Origin: Monocercomonoides exilis PA203
Taxonomy: Eukaryota; Protista; Preaxostyla
Direction: 5' to 3'
NCBI GenBank assembly: GCA_001643675.2
Contig: LSRY02000028.1
Location: 620,001 to 684,000 of the forward strand
Length of the DNA: 64,000 nt
Position 1 is the stretch's first letter. Every line of letters begins with the position of its first letter. Positions 61,221 to 64,000 of the stretch are shown here, piece after piece. The notes under the pieces are model-generated. The model saw only the letters and a list, made by a program, of their open reading frames with translations, did not search any database and was not told the origin of the DNA. The position numbers were made by a program, and so were the translations under genes.

Positions 61221-64000
61221 ATGGATAGGGTTCATTTTATTGAGGGTGATTGGCTTCTAAAAGAACTTACAAATATTCAAAATGATGATGCATTATTGAT
61301 TGTAAAACATGCAGCAAATAGGCTAGGAAAAGAAGACCAGTTTAGAAACATTCCTCATCCATATGACAGCGCTATTTCAATATTTGAAAATTATCAAGAG
61401 CAACCTGGAATTTTGGACAGCCATCTAGAACAAATATCAAAAGCTTTGATTGTTCCATCGCGAGAATCTTTACGAATATTTTCAAAAGCTCCAATCGGAT
61501 GGGAAAAAGATAATTCTCAAGCAAATTTACATCTTCGCTGGGAAAAGCTGAAGTACAATCTTCGAACATTATATGCACTTTGCAAATGCAGAGGACCAAA
61601 AATTATACGTGTGTTTAAAAGTTTTATATCTTTGACTTTTTCTTCAAATTGTACAATTTTAAACAGTTCGATTTTTTTCTGTGGAAGATTCTGATTTGGC
61701 GATGCTCACTGATTTTATTGAAAGATACCAATATTTTTTTGAGCCATTATTGAACGAAAGAAATCAATTGAATGTATCAGACTCAGAAAAGTTTGATTCA
61801 CTTTCTTTGTTGAGTATTTATTAATATCTTTAAGGGAAAATGCGAGTCAATGGCAATGCCGTTACGTTCTGTTGCTGTGGGTTTCGCTGTTTGTTCTTAT
61901 TCCATATTGCCTCTTGCCAAAGCGTGTTCAGACGTCTTCAATTACCATACAAAAAATTATCAAAGGTATAAATACTCCTTCAGTTTCACTATCAAAGCGA
62001 GCAACTTGTTATGCCTCTCGCTTAACAATCATTGCTAGTTGTTCATTACGAGATTCTTCGCTTGCTTCAGATTCAGCCTGTGAACTACTTGCGCGTATGT
62101 TTACGACACCTGATCTCCAAGGATTGCCTCTCATTTCACTTGTTTGGAGTATCATGGCATCAATAGCAGAGGCAGATATTTTGCCTGATCTTTCTATGTG
62201 CCGTGCAGGTGCAGCACCTCCATGGAAGATCTCTTCCACACCATTTGAGTCAACCAAAGCAAGCGTTCTGTCAGCAAGCATCGAGCCTCCAAAAACAGAA
62301 AACACTTCTTCTTCTTCTTCTTCTTCTTCAGTACAATCATCTGCTTCGACTGAAGCAGCACCACTTTCATTTCAGAATAGCACTCTCTTCTCCTTTCGCT
62401 GTCCAGCACAACACAGAACAATCATTTCGCTTACATTGCTATCGCGTCTGCTGAAGTACGCACCAGAAGAACCTCTCAAAAAGATTGCTGATCAAATCCT
62501 CCCTCTGCTGATTTTCTGGGCAGACATCGCAAGAAATGCAAAGCAATCGAACGGACTCATTTCACAGTCCCTGCCGCCTTCTGCTTCGTCTTCATCCGCT
62601 TCTGTTGCATATCTGACAGAAAAAGAAAGCTCAGCTGCGTCTTTGGAAGGAAGCGAGAACAATACTGAGAACTCATCTGCATCCATTAAGCTTCCCTCGT
62701 TCTTTGCAGAACGTATTCCACCACCGAAGTTGTGCGAATTTCCGCCGTTTGAGTCGCCTTCGCTTTTCACGCCGTTCTGTGCAGATGCCACACTCAGAGT
62801 GGAGCAGACAGACATCCCAACGGTGAATGGGATTCCGGTGCCTTTCATCATCACCCATCCGCCTTCGCTTGTCCGAAAGCTGCTGGCGAAGTGCATCGGG
62901 CTCCTTTGCATCACGCTTCTTCCGCCTGCGTCGATAGAGTGGAGATATCAAAGCGGATGCCGCTCGCTTACAATTGATGTGGGAGATAATGACGATGACG
63001 GCGAAGAAGGCGAAACTGAAAAAGAAAAGCAAAAAGCAGAAGCAGAAGCAACTGCAAGCGAAAAATCAACAGAAGAAAAAGAACAAAACATTCAAAAGGA
63101 AGACGCCAAATGTTCAAAATGCGATTGTGGATGTGAAGAAGATGATTCATCTTCATCCTCATCTTCTTCTACTTCTGCCTCTTTTGGACGATCAGCAACA
63201 AATGCACCAGAATCTGCGGAAGAGTTTTTCGTTTCACATCCTCTTGTCTCTCATTCTTTGTGTTGTCTTCTTTCGTCTCTTTCTGATCCAGACACAATCG
63301 TTCGTGTCTGCGCTTCAAAGGCTGTTGGTCGAATTGTTTCACGTCTTCCTTCAAGCGAAGCGGCTGCTGTAATTGTCAAGTCTCTTTTGCTCCGTCTCGA
63401 TCCAAATTGCTTAGGCGAGCAGTCGAATCGTGAAGACGCATCAGATTCCTCGTTTTCAAGTGCTTCTTCCATATCATCTTCTTCATCATTTTATTCATCC
63501 TCATTATCTTCTTCTTCTCTAAGCTCTGTTAATTCGTCGCCAATAACCTCACAGAAGGAGGCACGGATGATGGCGCATTCAGCCCAGGGATGCTGCCTCT
63601 CTTTGGCACAGATCATCCAACGAGGCGCTCTTCTTCCTGACTTGTTGCATCCTCTTATATCAGCCCTTGTTGGCTGTCTCTTCTACGAGCAGCGCGTTTC
63701 GCAGTCGATTGTGGGAGTTGCTGTACGAGACGCTGCGTGCTTTGCCATCTGGGCAAGTGTCCGCATGTTCCAGCCGTCTCTTTTCTTGCAGTCGAGACGT
63801 GATCTTCTTTCAAAAGCAAAATCGTCCTCTTCAGCACACAAAAGCGAGGAGGACAATCGTATTAATGGGCTTGTGATGTCTTTGGCATCTGCTCTGGTGA
63901 AAGTGGCCCTGTTTGATGCGGATGTTGTGTGCCGAAGAACGGCTGCTGCTGCTCTACAGGAATGTGTTGGAAGGCTTGGCACAGTAAAAACAAAGATTCC
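61221..64000 (+). CDS. TBCD: Tubulin-folding cofactor D, 5' part (runs off the window)
   Basis: YQEQPGILDSHL, CKCRGPK, WQCRYVLLLWVS, SDPDTIVRVCASKAVGRI, VGVAVRDAACFAIWA, ALFDADVVCRRTAAAALQECVGR. Confidence 0.92.

Overview
Eukaryotic, AT-rich, intron-rich protist DNA using the standard genetic code. Gene style and the large receptor-pseudokinase family suggest an oxymonad such as Monocercomonoides (inference). Positions 1-25.8 kb are almost entirely DNA transposons: a decayed pogo-like element plus a four-level nest reconstructed from TIRs and target-site duplications. Level 1 is a GGCC-ended element (3242-25822). Level 2 is a TA-flanked foldback element (4378-23224). Level 3 is a GGG-ended Sola-like element (5173-21819) carrying a DDE transposase remnant directly behind an open ubiquitin-specific protease (USP) ORF. 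Level 4 is two further GGG-ended elements (10890-11129 and 14182-21045). Positions 26-48 kb hold compact host genes: eIF4A-III, a B-type cyclin, an importin-alpha-like ARM protein, RSPH10B-like, a small unknown gene, an LPCAT-like acyltransferase, MED22, UBA3, IFT27 and DDI1. After these come a 2549-aa receptor-like pseudokinase, a Tc1/mariner MITE, a 1-kb palindrome and the 5' part of TBCD. The most notable signals are a deubiquitinase-carrying Sola-like transposon and TIR identity that drops exactly at a nested insertion point.
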